Positions 31,000 to 42,334 of a DNA stretch of 47,965 nucleotides are shown here, one piece after another. Under the pieces are notes generated by a model. It ran no database searches. It was not told where the DNA came from and was given only the letters and a program-made list of their open reading frames with translations. The stretch covers positions 1-47,965 of the forward strand of contig LFST01000033.1 in NCBI GenBank assembly GCA_001513185.1, read 5' to 3'. Positions within the stretch are counted from its first letter, which is position 1; the number at the start of each line of letters is the position of its first letter. The DNA comes from Candidatus Fermentithermobacillaceae bacterium DTU015. Its GTDB lineage: Bacteria > Bacillota > Sulfobacillia > Fermentithermobacillales > Fermentithermobacillaceae. The position numbers and the translations under genes are program-made.

Positions 31000-32244
31000 T
31001 TAGGTGAGATAATCCCTCAGTTTTTTGCTCCTTTGCGGATGCCTGAGTTTCCTGAGAGCCTTGGCCTCAATCTGCCTGATGCGCTCCCGGGTGACCCCGA
31101 ATTCGCGTCCTACTTCTTCAAGCGTCCTGGCCTTGCCGTCGTCAAGCCCGAAGCGGAGCCGCAAAACCCGCTGTTCCCTCTCGTTGAGCGTATCGAGCAC
31201 CTCTTCAATTTGCTCCTTGAGCATCACAAAGGACGCAGCCTCTGCCGGCGCCAAGGCATCCTGGTCTTCAATGAAGTCGCCGAGATGGCTGTCCTCTTCC
31301 TCGCCGATAGGAGTCTCCAAAGACACCGGCTCCTGTGCGATTTTCTGGATCTCTCTGACTCTCTCAGGTGTGAGCCCCATCTCTTCGGCAATTTCCTCTG
31401 CAGTGGGCTCCCTGCCCAGCTCCTGCAGCAGCTGCCTGGAAGTACGTACGAGCTTATTGATGGTTTCCACCATATGCACAGGGATCCTTATGGTCCTGGC
31501 CTGGTCAGCAATCGCCCGGGTAATCGCCTGCCTGATCCACCACGTAGCATAAGTGCTGAGTTTGTACCCTTTCCTGTAGTCGAATTTCTCCACCGCTTTT
31601 ATGAGCCCCATGTTGCCTTCCTGGATGAGGTCGAGGAACAACATTCCCCGTCCCACGTACCGCTTGGCGATGGATACCACAAGCCGTAGGTTGGACTCGA
31701 TGAGACGCTGCTTGGCTTCTTTGTCGCCCATCTCCATCCGCTTAGCCAGTTCAACCTCTTCTTCAGCGGTAAGAAGGGGTACCCTTCCGATTTCTTTCAG
31801 GTACATCCTCACAGGGTCATCTAACGCTATCCCTTCAGGCACAGACAGGTCGATTTCCGTATCCTTCCCATCTTCCTTGGCTTCAGCCTCATCAGAATCG
31901 CCGGTTTCGCTGTCATCAACATCTTCGTCAAAATCTGCTTCGTCATCTTCTGCGGCATCTTCATCAGAAAGAGGGACCGGAACTGCGCCATCGGTTGCCG
32001 GTTTTCCGGCAGCACCTTCCGGAACCCGGCGATGGGCATAGTCTCCGTGAGCCGATTGCCGCTCGCTGATTACTTCTATACCTAAATCGTGAAAAACACG
32101 ATAGACTTCCTCAGCCTCTTTTTCGCCAATATCGATACCTTCCAGGGCGTCGGCAATTTCCTTATAGGTCAAGAAGCCCTTTTCCTGCCCCTTGGCAATA
32201 AGGTGTTTTACTGCATCAGCCGCTAGTTGTTGTAAGTCTTTCAA
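31000..32244 (-). CDS. rpoD: Primary RNA polymerase sigma factor SigA/RpoD
   Basis: [44 protein letters not shown]. Confidence 0.99.
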   Translation of the reverse strand: MKDLQQLAADAVKHLIAKGQEKGFLTYKEIADALEGIDIGEKEAEEVYRVFHDLGIEVISERQSAHGDYAHRRVPEGAAGKPATDGAVPVPLSDEDAAEDDEADFDEDVDDSETGDSDEAEAKEDGKDTEIDLSVPEGIALDDPVRMYLKEIGRVPLLTAEEEVELAKRMEMGDKEAKQRLIESNLRLVVSIAKRYVGRGMLFLDLIQEGNMGLIKAVEKFDYRKGYKLSTYATWWIRQAITRAIADQARTIRIPVHMVETINKLVRTSRQLLQELGREPTAEEIAEEMGLTPERVREIQKIAQEPVSLETPIGEEEDSHLGDFIEDQDALAPAEAASFVMLKEQIEEVLDTLNEREQRVLRLRFGLDDGKARTLEEVGREFGVTRERIRQIEAKALRKLRHPQRSKKLRDYLT

Positions 32245-34088
32245 CCCTCTTCCCTCCCGGGGAAATCATCAGGGAAACTGTCATAATCATCTCCCCTGGT
32301 AGACTTCGCTTGTCTAAGTAGTTCCTGATATTCGTTGAGAATCGCCATGAGTCTCTGCTCATCCTGCGCTTCTTGAACCAGTTTCATCTCTTCCCGCAAC
32401 TCTCTGAGCCGGACTTCCTTAAGCCTTCGTATACAATCCATGAGCACACGTTCAGGACGGTCTACGGGTCCGAATTTGGCGCAGATTTCTGCAATCCAAC
32501 TAGAGACTTCGTGATCCTCGGGCAGTTTGGGGGAACTTGCCAAATTCGTGTATACAAAACGACACATATTGCCGGCGAAGTCGCTCTCATCAAGATAAGC
32601 ACTTGCCATTCTTATTAGTTCAGGCTTTTCTACAAGCGCCCTAATAATTCCTTCCTCAGCCCTCTGCCGTCCAAGAGCAATGCTGCCCTGGACGCTGTGA
32701 TTTTTCCCACTAGATCGAGACCGGTTGTCATAACCTGTAGTATTGCTGTTTTTTGGATTTTTATACCCACGGGTCCCAGCCCGTGCCCTTCGTCGGTATA
32801 ATTCTACATCCCTCTCTAAAGATTCCTTTCGTACATCAAGCTTCCTGGACAGCTCGGTAGTATACACTGAGATTTCGAACTCGCTGTCCAAGGCTGCCAA
32901 TACCGGTATCATTATGTCCTTTACTTGAAGTTTGCCCTCAACTGTTGAAATATCAGTTGACCTGGCCGCTTCTTCAAATATGAACCTTATGTCGGGACTT
33001 GCATTTTCAATCAATTCCTCGAATTTGTCCCCTCCGTACCTCTGCACGAACTCGTCGGGGTCTTTAGCGCCCTCGAAGGTAACTACCCGGCTGCGCCCAC
33101 CGGCTTCGCGAAACACGTCAATACAACGTCTGACCGCTTTTTTCCCCGCTTCATCCTGATCGTAAGCCAACACCACATCGTCGCTTAGCAGCAACAGGGC
33201 CCTAGCTTGTTCCACCGAAAAGGCCGTCCCCATGCCTGCCACAACGTAGTCTATGCCATTTTGGAACATACTGATAACATCCATGTACCCTTCCATTACA
33301 CAAACCCGTCCCTTGCTCCTTATACTTGGCTTAGCCAGGTGAAGGGCATACAGTTCCCTGCTCTTGTGGAACACAGGTGTATCAGGGGAGTTGAGATACT
33401 TGGGCGTCTCATCTCCCAACGCCCTGCCGGCGAACCCGATAAGTTCGCCCCGGGTGTCCCAAATCGGAAACATTATCCTGTTGCGGAAGCGGTCATAGTA
33501 TGTTCCCCGCCTGCTCCGTACGGAGAGCCCCGACAGTTCAAGATACCTAATGTCTATTCCCGCCTTTAAAGCTCCCTGGGTGACAAAATCCCATCCTGCG
33601 GGAGCATACCCCAATTGGAATAGATCGATTATCTCACGGGATAAGCCCCTGCCTTGCAGGTACTTGAGAGCTTTTGCACCGTGCGCCGAGTAAAGCATCT
33701 CCCTGTAGCGGTCCCGGGCGAACTCAAGCGCCTTGCGGATACCCGCCGCGCGGGCGCTCCGCCTGGCCGCCTCAGGATCCAATGCCGCCTTGGGAAGGGG
33801 TAAGCCTGTTCTTCTAGCCAACTCTTCCACGGCATCCTGAAACGTCAGGTTCTCTATCTTCATCAGAAACGTAAATATGTTTCCGCCTTGTCCGCACCCG
33901 AAGCAATAGAACAGTTGCTTATCAGGGTCGACGCTGAAAGACGGTGTCTTTTCCTGATGAAACGGGCACAAGCCCACATAGTTCTTCCCTGTCCTCCTGA
34001 GCCTCACGTACTCAGAGATCAGGGACACTATGTCGGCCCTGGATTTTAGTTCCGCAATAAAATCCTCGGAGTAGTACCTTCTGGACAC
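32241..34088 (-). CDS. dnaG: DNA primase
   Basis: CPFH..CFGC Zn finger, [22 protein letters not shown]; likely GTG start 34088. Confidence 0.98.
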   Translation of the reverse strand: MSRRYYSEDFIAELKSRADIVSLISEYVRLRRTGKNYVGLCPFHQEKTPSFSVDPDKQLFYCFGCGQGGNIFTFLMKIENLTFQDAVEELARRTGLPLPKAALDPEAARRSARAAGIRKALEFARDRYREMLYSAHGAKALKYLQGRGLSREIIDLFQLGYAPAGWDFVTQGALKAGIDIRYLELSGLSVRSRRGTYYDRFRNRIMFPIWDTRGELIGFAGRALGDETPKYLNSPDTPVFHKSRELYALHLAKPSIRSKGRVCVMEGYMDVISMFQNGIDYVVAGMGTAFSVEQARALLLLSDDVVLAYDQDEAGKKAVRRCIDVFREAGGRSRVVTFEGAKDPDEFVQRYGGDKFEELIENASPDIRFIFEEAARSTDISTVEGKLQVKDIMIPVLAALDSEFEISVYTTELSRKLDVRKESLERDVELYRRRARAGTRGYKNPKNSNTTGYDNRSRSSGKNHSVQGSIALGRQRAEEGIIRALVEKPELIRMASAYLDESDFAGNMCRFVYTNLASSPKLPEDHEVSSWIAEICAKFGPVDRPERVLMDCIRRLKEVRLRELREEMKLVQEAQDEQRLMAILNEYQELLRQAKSTRGDDYDSFPDDFPGREEG

Positions 34089-34154
34089 TTTGCCGTCCGT
34101 TAACTCCCTTCCCACAAGTGCTTTGATATTTGGCGACAATATAACCTATACAAT

Positions 34155-34181
34155 ATTCGATTTCGGTGTCGAAATTCCTTC
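34155..34181 (-). promoter_or_regulatory. SigH-type promoter of dnaG-sigA
   Basis: GAAGGAATT-N11-ATCGAAT; SigH promoters in the dnaG-sigA operon are known in Bacillus. Confidence 0.7.
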
Positions 34182-34288
34182 TCAGCAATACCGTCAACTG
34201 CAGGTATCGGAGTCTTAGGTGTAAGGCAGAAGCTTGTACATCTTATATACGACTACGGGCGGAAAAAGTCCTACGGAAGTCAAAACAA

Positions 34289-34316
34289 TCACGGGCCCGG
34301 TCCCCCGGGCCCGTGA
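34289..34316 (-). terminator. Rho-independent terminator after ppdK
   Basis: 12-bp stem TCACGGGCCCGG/CCGGGCCCGTGA followed by TTGTTTT. Confidence 0.8.
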
Positions 34317-34346
34317 AAGCCTTGGCCGGCTTGGGATTCTGGCTTG

Positions 34347-36998
34347 CTAGGCCTGCCGGCTTCTTAATGCAGCCTGTGCCGCCGCAAGCCTTGCCACCGG
34401 CACGCGATAGGGCGAACATGATACATAATCCAACCCGGCCTTGTGGAAAAACTCGATTGACGAAGGCTCCCCGCCATGCTCTCCGCAAATGCCGATCACC
34501 AAATCCGGCCTGATGCCCCGCCCGAGTTTAACGGCAGTCTCAACCAGCTTGCCTACGCCTTTCTGGTCGAGCACGGCAAACGGGTTGTCCTTGAGTATCT
34601 TCTCACCCAGATATTTGTGGAGGAACTTGGCTTCTGCATCGTCCCTTGAATACCCAAAGGTGGTCTGGGTGAGGTCGTTGGTCCCGAACGAGAAGAACTG
34701 GGCATGTGCCGCAATTTCATCTGCGGTAAGGCACGCCCTGGGAATCTCTATCATGGTGCCGATAACCACAGGAAAGTCCACTCCCTGTTCCTGTTTAACC
34801 TGCCCGGCCACCTGCTCCACACGCTCCCTGAGGATTTCCAGCTCCTTGGCTGCGCCTACCAGGGGGATCATGACCTCAGGGTACACGTCTGAAATGCCTT
34901 CTTTGATGAGCCGCGCCGTGGCTTGGAAGATGGCCCTGGCCTGCATCTCGTAGATTTCGGGATATACAATGCCCAGCCTGCAGCCTCTCATTCCAAGCAT
35001 GGGGTTCATTTCCTGAAGCGCCTTGGCCTTCCTGAGAAGGTCCTCGACGTGGGAGATCTCTGACTTAGGAGCTCCCTTGGCTTTCATCTCAGACAGGGTC
35101 TTCATAAGTTCCTCTACGTTGGGCAAAAACTCATGGAGAGGAGGATCCAGCAACCGTATGGTGACCGGGTAGCCTCTCATGGCCTTTAGGATGTCGTAAA
35201 AGTCAGCTTCCTGCATGGGCAGGAGCACATCCAAAGCTTTCCGCCTGTCTTCTTCGGTATCTGCAAGGATCATCTGCTGGACCGCAGCCATCCTGTCGTG
35301 TCCCATAAACATATGCTCGGTGCGGCAAAGCCCTATACCCTCAGCCCCGAACTCTCTCGCGCGCCGGGCATCCTCAGGGGTGTCGGCGTTGGCTTTGACG
35401 CCCAGTCTCCTGACTTCATCGGCCCATCCCAGGACTTCTTTGAAGGCCCCGCCCATGATGGGCTCCACCAGGGGAACCTGCCCAAAGTACACGTTTCCGG
35501 TGCTACCGTCTATGGAAATCACATCGCCTTCATTTATTTCTCTACCGGCGATGGTAGCTTTGTTGCCTTCGAGGTCGATCCGCAAGGCATCGCACCCTAC
35601 CACCGCGGGCTTGCCCATACCACGGGCTACGATAGCGGCGTGGCAGGTCATCCCGCCCCTTGATGTGAGGATTCCCTGAGCATGGACTATCCCGGGCATG
35701 TCATCCGGGGTGGTCTCAGGCCGGACCAAGATTATCTTCTCGCCCTGCTCTCCTAGGATCTCTGCCTTAGCTGTGTCGAACACCACCTTGCCTGTGGCCG
35801 CGCCGGGGGATGCAGGCAACCCCTGGCACACTGCCTCAGCGATGGCTTTGGGGTCGATGGCCCTGTGGAGAAGTCTTGAGACTTCTTCGGGACTTATGCG
35901 CATTACCGCGGTTTCCTTAGAAATCTGCCCCTCCTGCACCAGGGCCCTGGCTATCTCAAGCGCTGCTTGGGCAGTACGCTTCCCGGCCCTGGTCTGTAGG
36001 ATGTAGAGCTTGCCCCGCTCTATGGTAAACTCAATGTCCTGCATGTCCTTGTAGTGATCTTCAAGCAGCCGTGCCACCTTCTTGAGCTGCTCCAGCATCC
36101 CGGGCAAATCTTCATCGATTTCCAATATGGGCCTGGGGGTCCTCAGCCCTGCCACAACGTCTTCACCCTGGGCATTCATCAAGTACTCCCCGTAGAGCAC
36201 CCGCTCGCCTGTTGAAGGGTCCCTGGTAAACATGACCCCCGTACCAGAGTCTGCTCCCATGTTGCCAAACACCATGGTTTGGACGTTTACTGCAGTACCC
36301 AGGTCATGGGAGATTTTGTTGATGTTCCTGTATATGATGGCCCGCTCATTGTTCCACGAGTCAAACACAGCGGACACAGCCATAAACAGCTGATCGTAAG
36401 GATCATCAGGAAACTCGATGCCCGCCTTTTGGCGAATTATCCGCTTGTACGACGCCACAAGGGACTTAAGCCCTTGAGCTGAAACATCCTGGTCCTGGGT
36501 CACCCCTTCATCCTTCTTCAGTTGCGAAAACACACGCTCAAACTCGCTGTGAGGGATACCCAGCACCACGTTGCCGAACATCTGGATGAACCGTCTGTAA
36601 CAGTCGTATGAAAAACGAAGATCCTGAGTGGCTTCGTAAAGCCCTTTGACGCTCCGATCGTTTAGACCCAGGTTCAATATGGTATCCATCATCCCTGGCA
36701 TGCTTATGGGAGCACCGGACCTGACTGACACCAAAAGGGGGTTTTGGTCACCGCCGAAGTGCTTCCCTGTTTTCTGCTCCAGACCTTTGATGTAATCTTT
36801 TATGTCCTGTTTGAGGGAATCCGGCAGTTTCCTGTCTGATTGGTAATATAGTTTGCAAGCTTGAGTGGTGATGGTAAAGCCAGGAGGTACCGGCAAACCT
36901 ATCCTGGTCATCTCTGCAAGGCCAGCCCCTTTGCCTCCCAGGATAGCCCTGTGCTCCTCCCCACCTTCTTCAAACCAGTACACGAGTTTACCGGCCAC
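34347..36998 (-). CDS. ppdK: Pyruvate, phosphate dikinase
   Basis: LGGKG, SMPGMMDT, GGMTCHAA (regulatory Thr, phospho-His), SFGTNDL, CGEHGG. Confidence 0.99.
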   Translation of the reverse strand: MAGKLVYWFEEGGEEHRAILGGKGAGLAEMTRIGLPVPPGFTITTQACKLYYQSDRKLPDSLKQDIKDYIKGLEQKTGKHFGGDQNPLLVSVRSGAPISMPGMMDTILNLGLNDRSVKGLYEATQDLRFSYDCYRRFIQMFGNVVLGIPHSEFERVFSQLKKDEGVTQDQDVSAQGLKSLVASYKRIIRQKAGIEFPDDPYDQLFMAVSAVFDSWNNERAIIYRNINKISHDLGTAVNVQTMVFGNMGADSGTGVMFTRDPSTGERVLYGEYLMNAQGEDVVAGLRTPRPILEIDEDLPGMLEQLKKVARLLEDHYKDMQDIEFTIERGKLYILQTRAGKRTAQAALEIARALVQEGQISKETAVMRISPEEVSRLLHRAIDPKAIAEAVCQGLPASPGAATGKVVFDTAKAEILGEQGEKIILVRPETTPDDMPGIVHAQGILTSRGGMTCHAAIVARGMGKPAVVGCDALRIDLEGNKATIAGREINEGDVISIDGSTGNVYFGQVPLVEPIMGGAFKEVLGWADEVRRLGVKANADTPEDARRAREFGAEGIGLCRTEHMFMGHDRMAAVQQMILADTEEDRRKALDVLLPMQEADFYDILKAMRGYPVTIRLLDPPLHEFLPNVEELMKTLSEMKAKGAPKSEISHVEDLLRKAKALQEMNPMLGMRGCRLGIVYPEIYEMQARAIFQATARLIKEGISDVYPEVMIPLVGAAKELEILRERVEQVAGQVKQEQGVDFPVVIGTMIEIPRACLTADEIAAHAQFFSFGTNDLTQTTFGYSRDDAEAKFLHKYLGEKILKDNPFAVLDQKGVGKLVETAVKLGRGIRPDLVIGICGEHGGEPSSIEFFHKAGLDYVSCSPYRVPVARLAAAQAALRSRQA

Positions 36999-36999
36999 T

Positions 37000-37815
37000 T
37001 TACATGCTCCTCCCCTTGATGATCTCCAAAACCTGGTTAGCCGTTTCTTCTACAGCCTTATCTGTAACGTCGATCACGCCGCAACCCAGCTGGCGGAAGA
37101 TCTCGTTTGCATAGTCAAGTTCCTGAAGAATCCGCGTAAGATCCGCATAAGACGAATTCTCGTCAAGCCCCATGGCCCTGAGCCGTTCTTTCCTCACTTT
37201 AACCAGCTTTTCCGGGCTCAAGGTGAGCCCTATGATCTTTTCCACCGGGATCTTAAACAGTTCCCGTGGCGGCGGAATCTCAGGTACCAAGGGGATGTTT
37301 GCCACCTTATATCCCCTTTGGGCCAGGTAGAGGCTGACAGGAGTCTTCGAGGTACGGGACACCCCTATCAGAACCACCTCAGCAAAGGGTAAAGACAGAA
37401 GGTCTTTGCCGTCATCACACTTAACCGAAAACTCAACCGCCTCGACGCGCCTGAAGTAGTCCTCATCGATCTTGTGCATAAGGCCAGGCTCAAACCTTGG
37501 CTCTGACGGGGCAACCGTGGCAAGCGCGTCCAATACGGGCCCCAGCACGTCTACTGCCGGAATGCCCCTGAGTCCGGCCTGGGTTCTTGCATATTCCCTA
37601 AGTTCAGGTTTGACAAGGGTATACACCACTATGGATTTCTTGGACTCTGCCTGGCTGAGAGCCCTGTCAATCGCTTCCTCGCTTTGCACATACCCGAACT
37701 TGTGGATGTTAACGCCCCCGGCGTTAAACTGGGCGGCTGCAGCTCTTACAACGAGTTCTGCGGTTTCACCCAATGAGTCCGATAGTACGAACACTGCAGG
37801 CCTTTCAGTTTCCAC
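37000..37815 (-). CDS. PPDK regulatory kinase/pyrophosphorylase (DUF299/YqfL)
   Basis: SDSLGETA, DDG, GVSRTSKTP, KAVEETA. Confidence 0.95.
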   Translation of the reverse strand: METERPAVFVLSDSLGETAELVVRAAAAQFNAGGVNIHKFGYVQSEEAIDRALSQAESKKSIVVYTLVKPELREYARTQAGLRGIPAVDVLGPVLDALATVAPSEPRFEPGLMHKIDEDYFRRVEAVEFSVKCDDGKDLLSLPFAEVVLIGVSRTSKTPVSLYLAQRGYKVANIPLVPEIPPPRELFKIPVEKIIGLTLSPEKLVKVRKERLRAMGLDENSSYADLTRILQELDYANEIFRQLGCGVIDVTDKAVEETANQVLEIIKGRSM

Positions 37816-37963
37816 ATGTAACCCTCCCTGTCTGCCCCAAAACCTCAAGCCGGCCAATCCAGCATACCAAGCGCTCCGGGTCCATCACCTGCGGGCCCGC
37901 ATCGCGGCATGGTGAAGGGCATACCACTTGAGGGCTCCTCCGGCGCGTACTTTCCGGGAACCC

Positions 37964-40135
37964 TCAGTGCTTTCCGGTCAGAGGCAGCACATACGCGAAA
38001 TCAGCGAACCTGGTAAACATGTCTGCCACCAGCCCCAAGAGGCTCAGGCGGTTTTGTTTGAGTGCCTCATCCTCTGCCATGATCAGCACGTTGTCCAGGC
38101 AGCTGTCAATGGGAACCCTCATTGACGAAAGTTCCTCAAGGTACTCTTCATATTTCTTGTTCTCAAACAGTTCGTCCATAAGCCCGGCTTTTTGCCTGAT
38201 TAAATAGTAGAGCTCTTTTTCAGCTTGTTCAACAAGCAGGCTTTCATCCACTGCCCTGCCCTGGGCTTTGCTTCCCAGCACTGAAGTCCTGCGCCACCCT
38301 GTGACCACGTTGTCGAGCTGTTCCGTGCCTACAAGGCTTGAAAGCGCCCGGATCATAAGGGGCAACCTGGCGATCCTGGTTTCGCCCCCGCCGATGACCC
38401 CTCTTATCATTTCTATGGGTAACCCTTGTTCAGTTAGAAGGGCTTCCACCCGGTACAACATGAACTGCTTGAGGTTGTCAACAACAGTGCTTTCATCAAG
38501 CTGATTCCGCTGCTTGGCCTTGCCTGCCTTACCGTTTGCAGGCTCGCCCTTTTCGGGCCTGCCGAAAGCTTCATCGCCTTGCTTTACCGCATCCATGGCA
38601 AGTTCCACGGCAAACCTGATTATTTCGTCTAGCCTTAAGTCATAGCCGTGGGATAGGATGATGTTTACCGCGCCGGAAGCCGCCCTCCTAAGCCCCAATG
38701 GGTCTTGGGAACCTGAAACCTGGGTACCCAGGGCAAAAGCCACCGACAAAGTGTCGATCTTGTCTGCAATGGCAACCAGGGCGCCAGGCCCTTTATCCGG
38801 CAGCTTGTCCCCTGCCCCCTTAGGCAGGTAATGCTGGGCTATGGCATCGGCCACCTCTCCGGGTAATCCTTGTGCCCTGGCGTAATGGCCGCCCATTATC
38901 CCCTCGAGTTCGGGAAGTTCCCTCACCATCTGGGTGACCAGATCACACTTGGCAAGACGAGCTGCTTCCAAGGCCGGTTCCATCTCATCGTCTGAAAACC
39001 CTAGGCTTTTTCCCAGATAAGCTGTGAGGTCAACCAGCCTGTGGGCCTTGTGCCACAATGTACCGGCACCCCGCAGGAAGTATACCCCCTTGAGGTCAGG
39101 GAGCCTGTCGCCCAGGGGAACGCCCAGGTCTTGGGAATAGAAGAACAGGGCGTCCTCCAGCCGGGCCACCAGCACCCACTCATTGCCCTTTATCACATTT
39201 TCCATGCCGTGGGTATCGCTCCCGTCCCGGACCCCTATAAATCCGGGAAGCACATTGCCTTCTTGATCGAGGATGGGGAAATACCGCTGGTGATGCCGCA
39301 TGACCGTGATGAGCACTTCCTTGGGAAGTTGCAGGTAATCCGGGCTGAACCCGCCCCTGAACGCAGCGGGACGTTCGCAAAGGCAAGTAACTTCGTCAAG
39401 CAATCCTTTATCGTCTAAAGGTACTCCTGATAGCTCACCTGCAAGGCGCTTTGCCCCTTGGAGGATAAGCTCCCGCCGGCGGTTGTGGTCGACTATAACC
39501 CCAGCGTCCTCCATGATTTGGAAGTATGCCGGCGCTGAAGGGATTTCCACTTTACCAGGATGCAGAGTCCTGTGGCCGAAACTTGTGCGGCCTGATTTCA
39601 CCCCGGCTATCTCGAGGGAAACCGGCTCTCCGCCGTAGAGGCAAACCACCCAGCGGATAGGCCGGTACCAACGCCAGTCGCCTTCACCCCACCTTAAGGG
39701 ATGGGGGCAATCCATGCCCATGACCACAGACGGCAGGATTTCCGGAAGGATCTCCTGCACAGGCCGGCCAGGTTCATGCTTGAAGCCATACACGTATTCA
39801 CCGCCGGACTCTTCTTCGATGATCACCTCCGACGGATCTATGCCAAGAGACCGGCTAAACCCCAAGAGCGCCTTGGTCGGGTTGCCTTCAGCGTCAAACG
39901 CCACCTTCTTGGAAGGCCCTCTTTGCTTGGTGGTAAGATCCCGGCTCTTGGGAGCTAAATCCTTGACGTATACCACCAACCGCCTTGGAGTGCCGTAAGC
40001 ATCCACCCGGCTAAAGCTCAGCCTGGCTTGTTCCAGGGCCTGTGCGGTCCTTCGCCTGATTTGTTCGATGGCAGGCAAAAGATACCTTGCCGGGATTTCG
40101 TCTGAACCTACCTCAAAAAGCAAGTCTGCATTCAT
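37964..40135 (-). CDS. glyS: Glycine--tRNA ligase beta subunit
   Basis: [36 protein letters not shown]. Confidence 0.97.
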   Translation of the reverse strand: MNADLLFEVGSDEIPARYLLPAIEQIRRRTAQALEQARLSFSRVDAYGTPRRLVVYVKDLAPKSRDLTTKQRGPSKKVAFDAEGNPTKALLGFSRSLGIDPSEVIIEEESGGEYVYGFKHEPGRPVQEILPEILPSVVMGMDCPHPLRWGEGDWRWYRPIRWVVCLYGGEPVSLEIAGVKSGRTSFGHRTLHPGKVEIPSAPAYFQIMEDAGVIVDHNRRRELILQGAKRLAGELSGVPLDDKGLLDEVTCLCERPAAFRGGFSPDYLQLPKEVLITVMRHHQRYFPILDQEGNVLPGFIGVRDGSDTHGMENVIKGNEWVLVARLEDALFFYSQDLGVPLGDRLPDLKGVYFLRGAGTLWHKAHRLVDLTAYLGKSLGFSDDEMEPALEAARLAKCDLVTQMVRELPELEGIMGGHYARAQGLPGEVADAIAQHYLPKGAGDKLPDKGPGALVAIADKIDTLSVAFALGTQVSGSQDPLGLRRAASGAVNIILSHGYDLRLDEIIRFAVELAMDAVKQGDEAFGRPEKGEPANGKAGKAKQRNQLDESTVVDNLKQFMLYRVEALLTEQGLPIEMIRGVIGGGETRIARLPLMIRALSSLVGTEQLDNVVTGWRRTSVLGSKAQGRAVDESLLVEQAEKELYYLIRQKAGLMDELFENKKYEEYLEELSSMRVPIDSCLDNVLIMAEDEALKQNRLSLLGLVADMFTRFADFAYVLPLTGKH

Positions 40136-40998
40136 TTCTCGTCAAACCCCCGGAGACTCAGATACTTGTGTGCGCACTGGCGTGTGAGCTTGCGGATCCT
40201 GGCAATGTAGTTCTGCCGCTCTGCAACAGAGAGCGCGCCCCTTGCGTCGAGCAAGTTGAAGATATGGGAGCACTTTAGGGCACAATCGTAAGCCGGCCTG
40301 ACCAATCCTTTGTCAAGAAGCGCCGCACTTTCCTCCTCGTAGCCGCTAAATTGCTGCCTGAGAAACTCGACGTCAGCCACTTCAAACCCGTAGACTGAGT
40401 TTTGCTTCTCTTGCTCCAGGAAAATCTGGCCGTAGGTGACCCCCGGCGACACCTGGATATCCCACACGTTGTCCACGTTTTGGATATAGGCGGTGATCCG
40501 CTCCAAACCGTATGTAAGCTCAGCCGCAATAGGCTTGATCTCTAGCCCGCCCATCTCCTGGAAATAGGTAAACTGGGTGATCTCCATTCCGTCAAGCCAT
40601 ACTTCCCAACCCAAGCCTGCAGCGCCTAAAGTAGGTGACTCCCAGTTGTCCTCCACGAGCCTGATGTCATGTTCCCTGCGGTCTATACCCAGCCTTTCGA
40701 GGGAGTCGATGTAGAGTTCAACCACGTTGTCAGGCGGAGGCTTGAGGATTACCTGGAACTGATAGTAGTGGCCCATCCTGTTGGGGTTGTCTCCGTAACG
40801 GGCATCCTGGGGCCTCCTGCAAGGTTCAACATATGCCATGTTCCAGGGCTCAGGGCCGAGCACATAGAAGAAGGTCAAGGGGTTCATGGTCCCGGCGCCT
40901 TTTTCAATGTCGTAAGGCTGCCCGATGTAGCAGCCGTGCTCTGCCCAAAAATCTTGCAGTGCCCGTATCACGTCCTGAAAATAGAAACACTCGCCCAC
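40132..40998 (-). CDS. glyQ: Glycine--tRNA ligase alpha subunit
   Basis: [36 protein letters not shown]. Confidence 0.99.
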   Translation of the reverse strand: MGECFYFQDVIRALQDFWAEHGCYIGQPYDIEKGAGTMNPLTFFYVLGPEPWNMAYVEPCRRPQDARYGDNPNRMGHYYQFQVILKPPPDNVVELYIDSLERLGIDRREHDIRLVEDNWESPTLGAAGLGWEVWLDGMEITQFTYFQEMGGLEIKPIAAELTYGLERITAYIQNVDNVWDIQVSPGVTYGQIFLEQEKQNSVYGFEVADVEFLRQQFSGYEEESAALLDKGLVRPAYDCALKCSHIFNLLDARGALSVAERQNYIARIRKLTRQCAHKYLSLRGFDEK

Positions 40999-41047
40999 GG
41001 TAAAACTCCTTCCCCTCGCATAAGATACCTGGCTGTTTCTGAAACAT

Positions 41048-41083
41048 CAGGGACGGTCCTAAGTACGTTAGGATCGTCCCCTG
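41048..41083 (-). terminator. Long hairpin upstream of glyQ (probable terminator of the DUF4342 gene)
   Basis: Minus strand CAGGGGACGATCCTAA-CGTAC-TTAGGACCGTCCCTG followed by ATGTTTC. Confidence 0.5.
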
Positions 41084-41110
41084 GATTCCATCATCCCCTA
41101 GCTTGTTCTG

Positions 41111-41506
41111 TTACTGTCCATTTTCATCTAAAGGCCGTTCTATTTCAACTGTCCAAGTGCTCAGCATGAGCGCAACAGAACCCAAAACCGCCAGCCACGG
41201 GGCAAACACAGTTGCCACAACACCTATTGTAACAGGTATGTCGGCCACAACGTAGTCCCCGCTCCTTACTATAATCCTGGACGCATTGCCCCGGCGTATG
41301 ATGTCCGACACGGTCCGCACCAGATCCGGCCCTTTGACCTTGATGACCTCACGCCTAGGAGACGATTTCTCTAGTTCCACCAGGGCCTCAACCACGTCGC
41401 CTGAAGCCCTTTCCAGGGCAAGTTTGGCCGCTTCATAGGTGGCGCCGGTCCTCTTGCGGATTTCGTCAATCTTGTACAACATATCATCCCTGTAAGGCAT
41501 GCCCAC
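41111..41506 (-). CDS. DUF4342-type protein with N-terminal UBA-like domain
   Basis: KIDEIRKRTGATYEAAKLALE..GDVVEAL UBA-like start; GNASRIIV and IPVTIG; typical location near recO/glyQ. Confidence 0.8.
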   Translation of the reverse strand: MGMPYRDDMLYKIDEIRKRTGATYEAAKLALERASGDVVEALVELEKSSPRREVIKVKGPDLVRTVSDIIRRGNASRIIVRSGDYVVADIPVTIGVVATVFAPWLAVLGSVALMLSTWTVEIERPLDENGQ

Positions 41507-41530
41507 CGGTAAATCACCCCCAAACGGTTG

Positions 41531-42334
41531 TCAAGTCTCATCTTCTATACTTTCCACCAAAGAGGCGGATTTAAGACGTTTGTCGAGCACAAAACTGATG
41601 TATTTCCGGGAAATCCGGTTGATCTCTGACCTCACCTGCCCCCTGGCGGTGATGTTGGGGCAGCTCACGTGCCCCCAGCCTGTTACCGGAGCCGATAGGA
41701 TCTCCAGGGTCCTGAGGGCTCCGGGAGAAACCCGTATCAGTTCACCATATGTGCGTATCTGGTTTTCCGGTGAAGCCGACGTGGCAGGCGCAGCTGACAC
41801 ACATGACCCGCACAAGCCACCCCCGTCCCTCAGTGAAAAATACACGGGAGGCTCTTGTAGCTGGCTGCCGCATTCAACGCATTGGGAAAACGACGGCGCA
41901 AACCCGGCCAGCTTAAGTATCCCCAGCTCGGCCCAGCGGACAACCACCCACGGGTCGTGTTTGTCCTGAAGACAACCCAGCACAGTTAGGAAAAAATCAA
42001 ACAAGGCGGGATGCCGTTCCTTTTCAGGAAGCACACTTGTGAGAAGTTCCACCAGATACCTGGCATATATCATCTTCTCATAGTTTTCTACTATCCCCGG
42101 AAACCCGTTCTTGACCGCCACCTGAGTAACCCGGTCCAGGTTCCGTCCCCGGTAGATCTGGAACACTCCATGGGTTAGCGGCTGGGTGAGCCCCCTGAGT
42201 TTGCTCCTGGGCCGCCTGGCTCCTTTCACCACGGCCCTTACCAAGCCTTCCTGCCTGGTAAAAATCGTGGCTAGCTTGTCGTTTTCCCCCAGATCGTCTT
42301 GATCCAAGACAACTGCTTCTGATTGATAGAGCAA
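41531..42334 (-). CDS. recO: DNA repair protein RecO
   Basis: GENDKL, KGARRPRSKL, C4 Zn finger CVEC...LCGSC. Confidence 0.95.
   Translation of the reverse strand: MLYQSEAVVLDQDDLGENDKLATIFTRQEGLVRAVVKGARRPRSKLRGLTQPLTHGVFQIYRGRNLDRVTQVAVKNGFPGIVENYEKMIYARYLVELLTSVLPEKERHPALFDFFLTVLGCLQDKHDPWVVVRWAELGILKLAGFAPSFSQCVECGSQLQEPPVYFSLRDGGGLCGSCVSAAPATSASPENQIRTYGELIRVSPGALRTLEILSAPVTGWGHVSCPNITARGQVRSEINRISRKYISFVLDKRLKSASLVESIEDET

Noticed and set aside
40999-41110. T-box riboswitch before glyQ
   Set aside because: Too short and lacks the T-box consensus; only one hairpin is seen.
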